Shown here piece after piece: positions 16,852 through 16,898 of a stretch of 16,898 nucleotides of DNA. The position numbers and the translations under genes were made by a program. A model generated the notes under the pieces. It was not told the DNA's origin and did not search any database. It worked only from the letters and a program-made list of their open reading frames with translations. The DNA is from Bdellovibrionia bacterium (GTDB taxonomy: Bacteria > Bdellovibrionota > UBA1018): positions 1-16,898 of the forward strand of contig JBJMMA010000236.1 in assembly GCA_045805065.1 (NCBI GenBank). The letters are read 5' to 3'. How positions within the stretch are numbered: the first letter of the stretch is position 1; the number at the start of each line of letters is the position of its first letter.

Positions 16852-16898
16852 TTTGGGGCATCCTCGATCTTGTACATTTGAACTTCATCCTTCAAACG

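Overview
Chromosomal window with 14 supportable CDSs. The gene content suggests a Bdellovibrionota/Oligoflexia-like organism, which is an inference only. In order: a RimJ/RimL GNAT acetyltransferase; a small secreted hypothetical protein; a DUF4142 + cupredoxin operon divergent from a SufR-like HTH regulator, with this trio bracketed by two closely related hairpin terminators; recA with a long Ala/Lys/His-rich tail; pgpA; and a YbgC-type thioesterase. Next is a tightly overlapping three-gene operon (5639-10108). After it come two paralogous orphan Cache-type histidine kinases, an alpha/beta hydrolase, an XRE regulator, a perfect 35-bp tandem duplication and a PldB-like lysophospholipase carrying a signal peptide. 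The three-gene operon is the best candidate for a new system. It joins a divergent RelA/SpoT-like synthetase-domain protein to a degenerate DAO/sarcosine-oxidase-beta-like flavoprotein and a fused, rearranged flavin/2x[4Fe-4S]/[2Fe-2S]/BFD protein, and could be a redox-linked nucleotide-signalling module. I found no rRNA, tRNA, CRISPR array or transposase. All family calls are by motif recognition; no database search was run.
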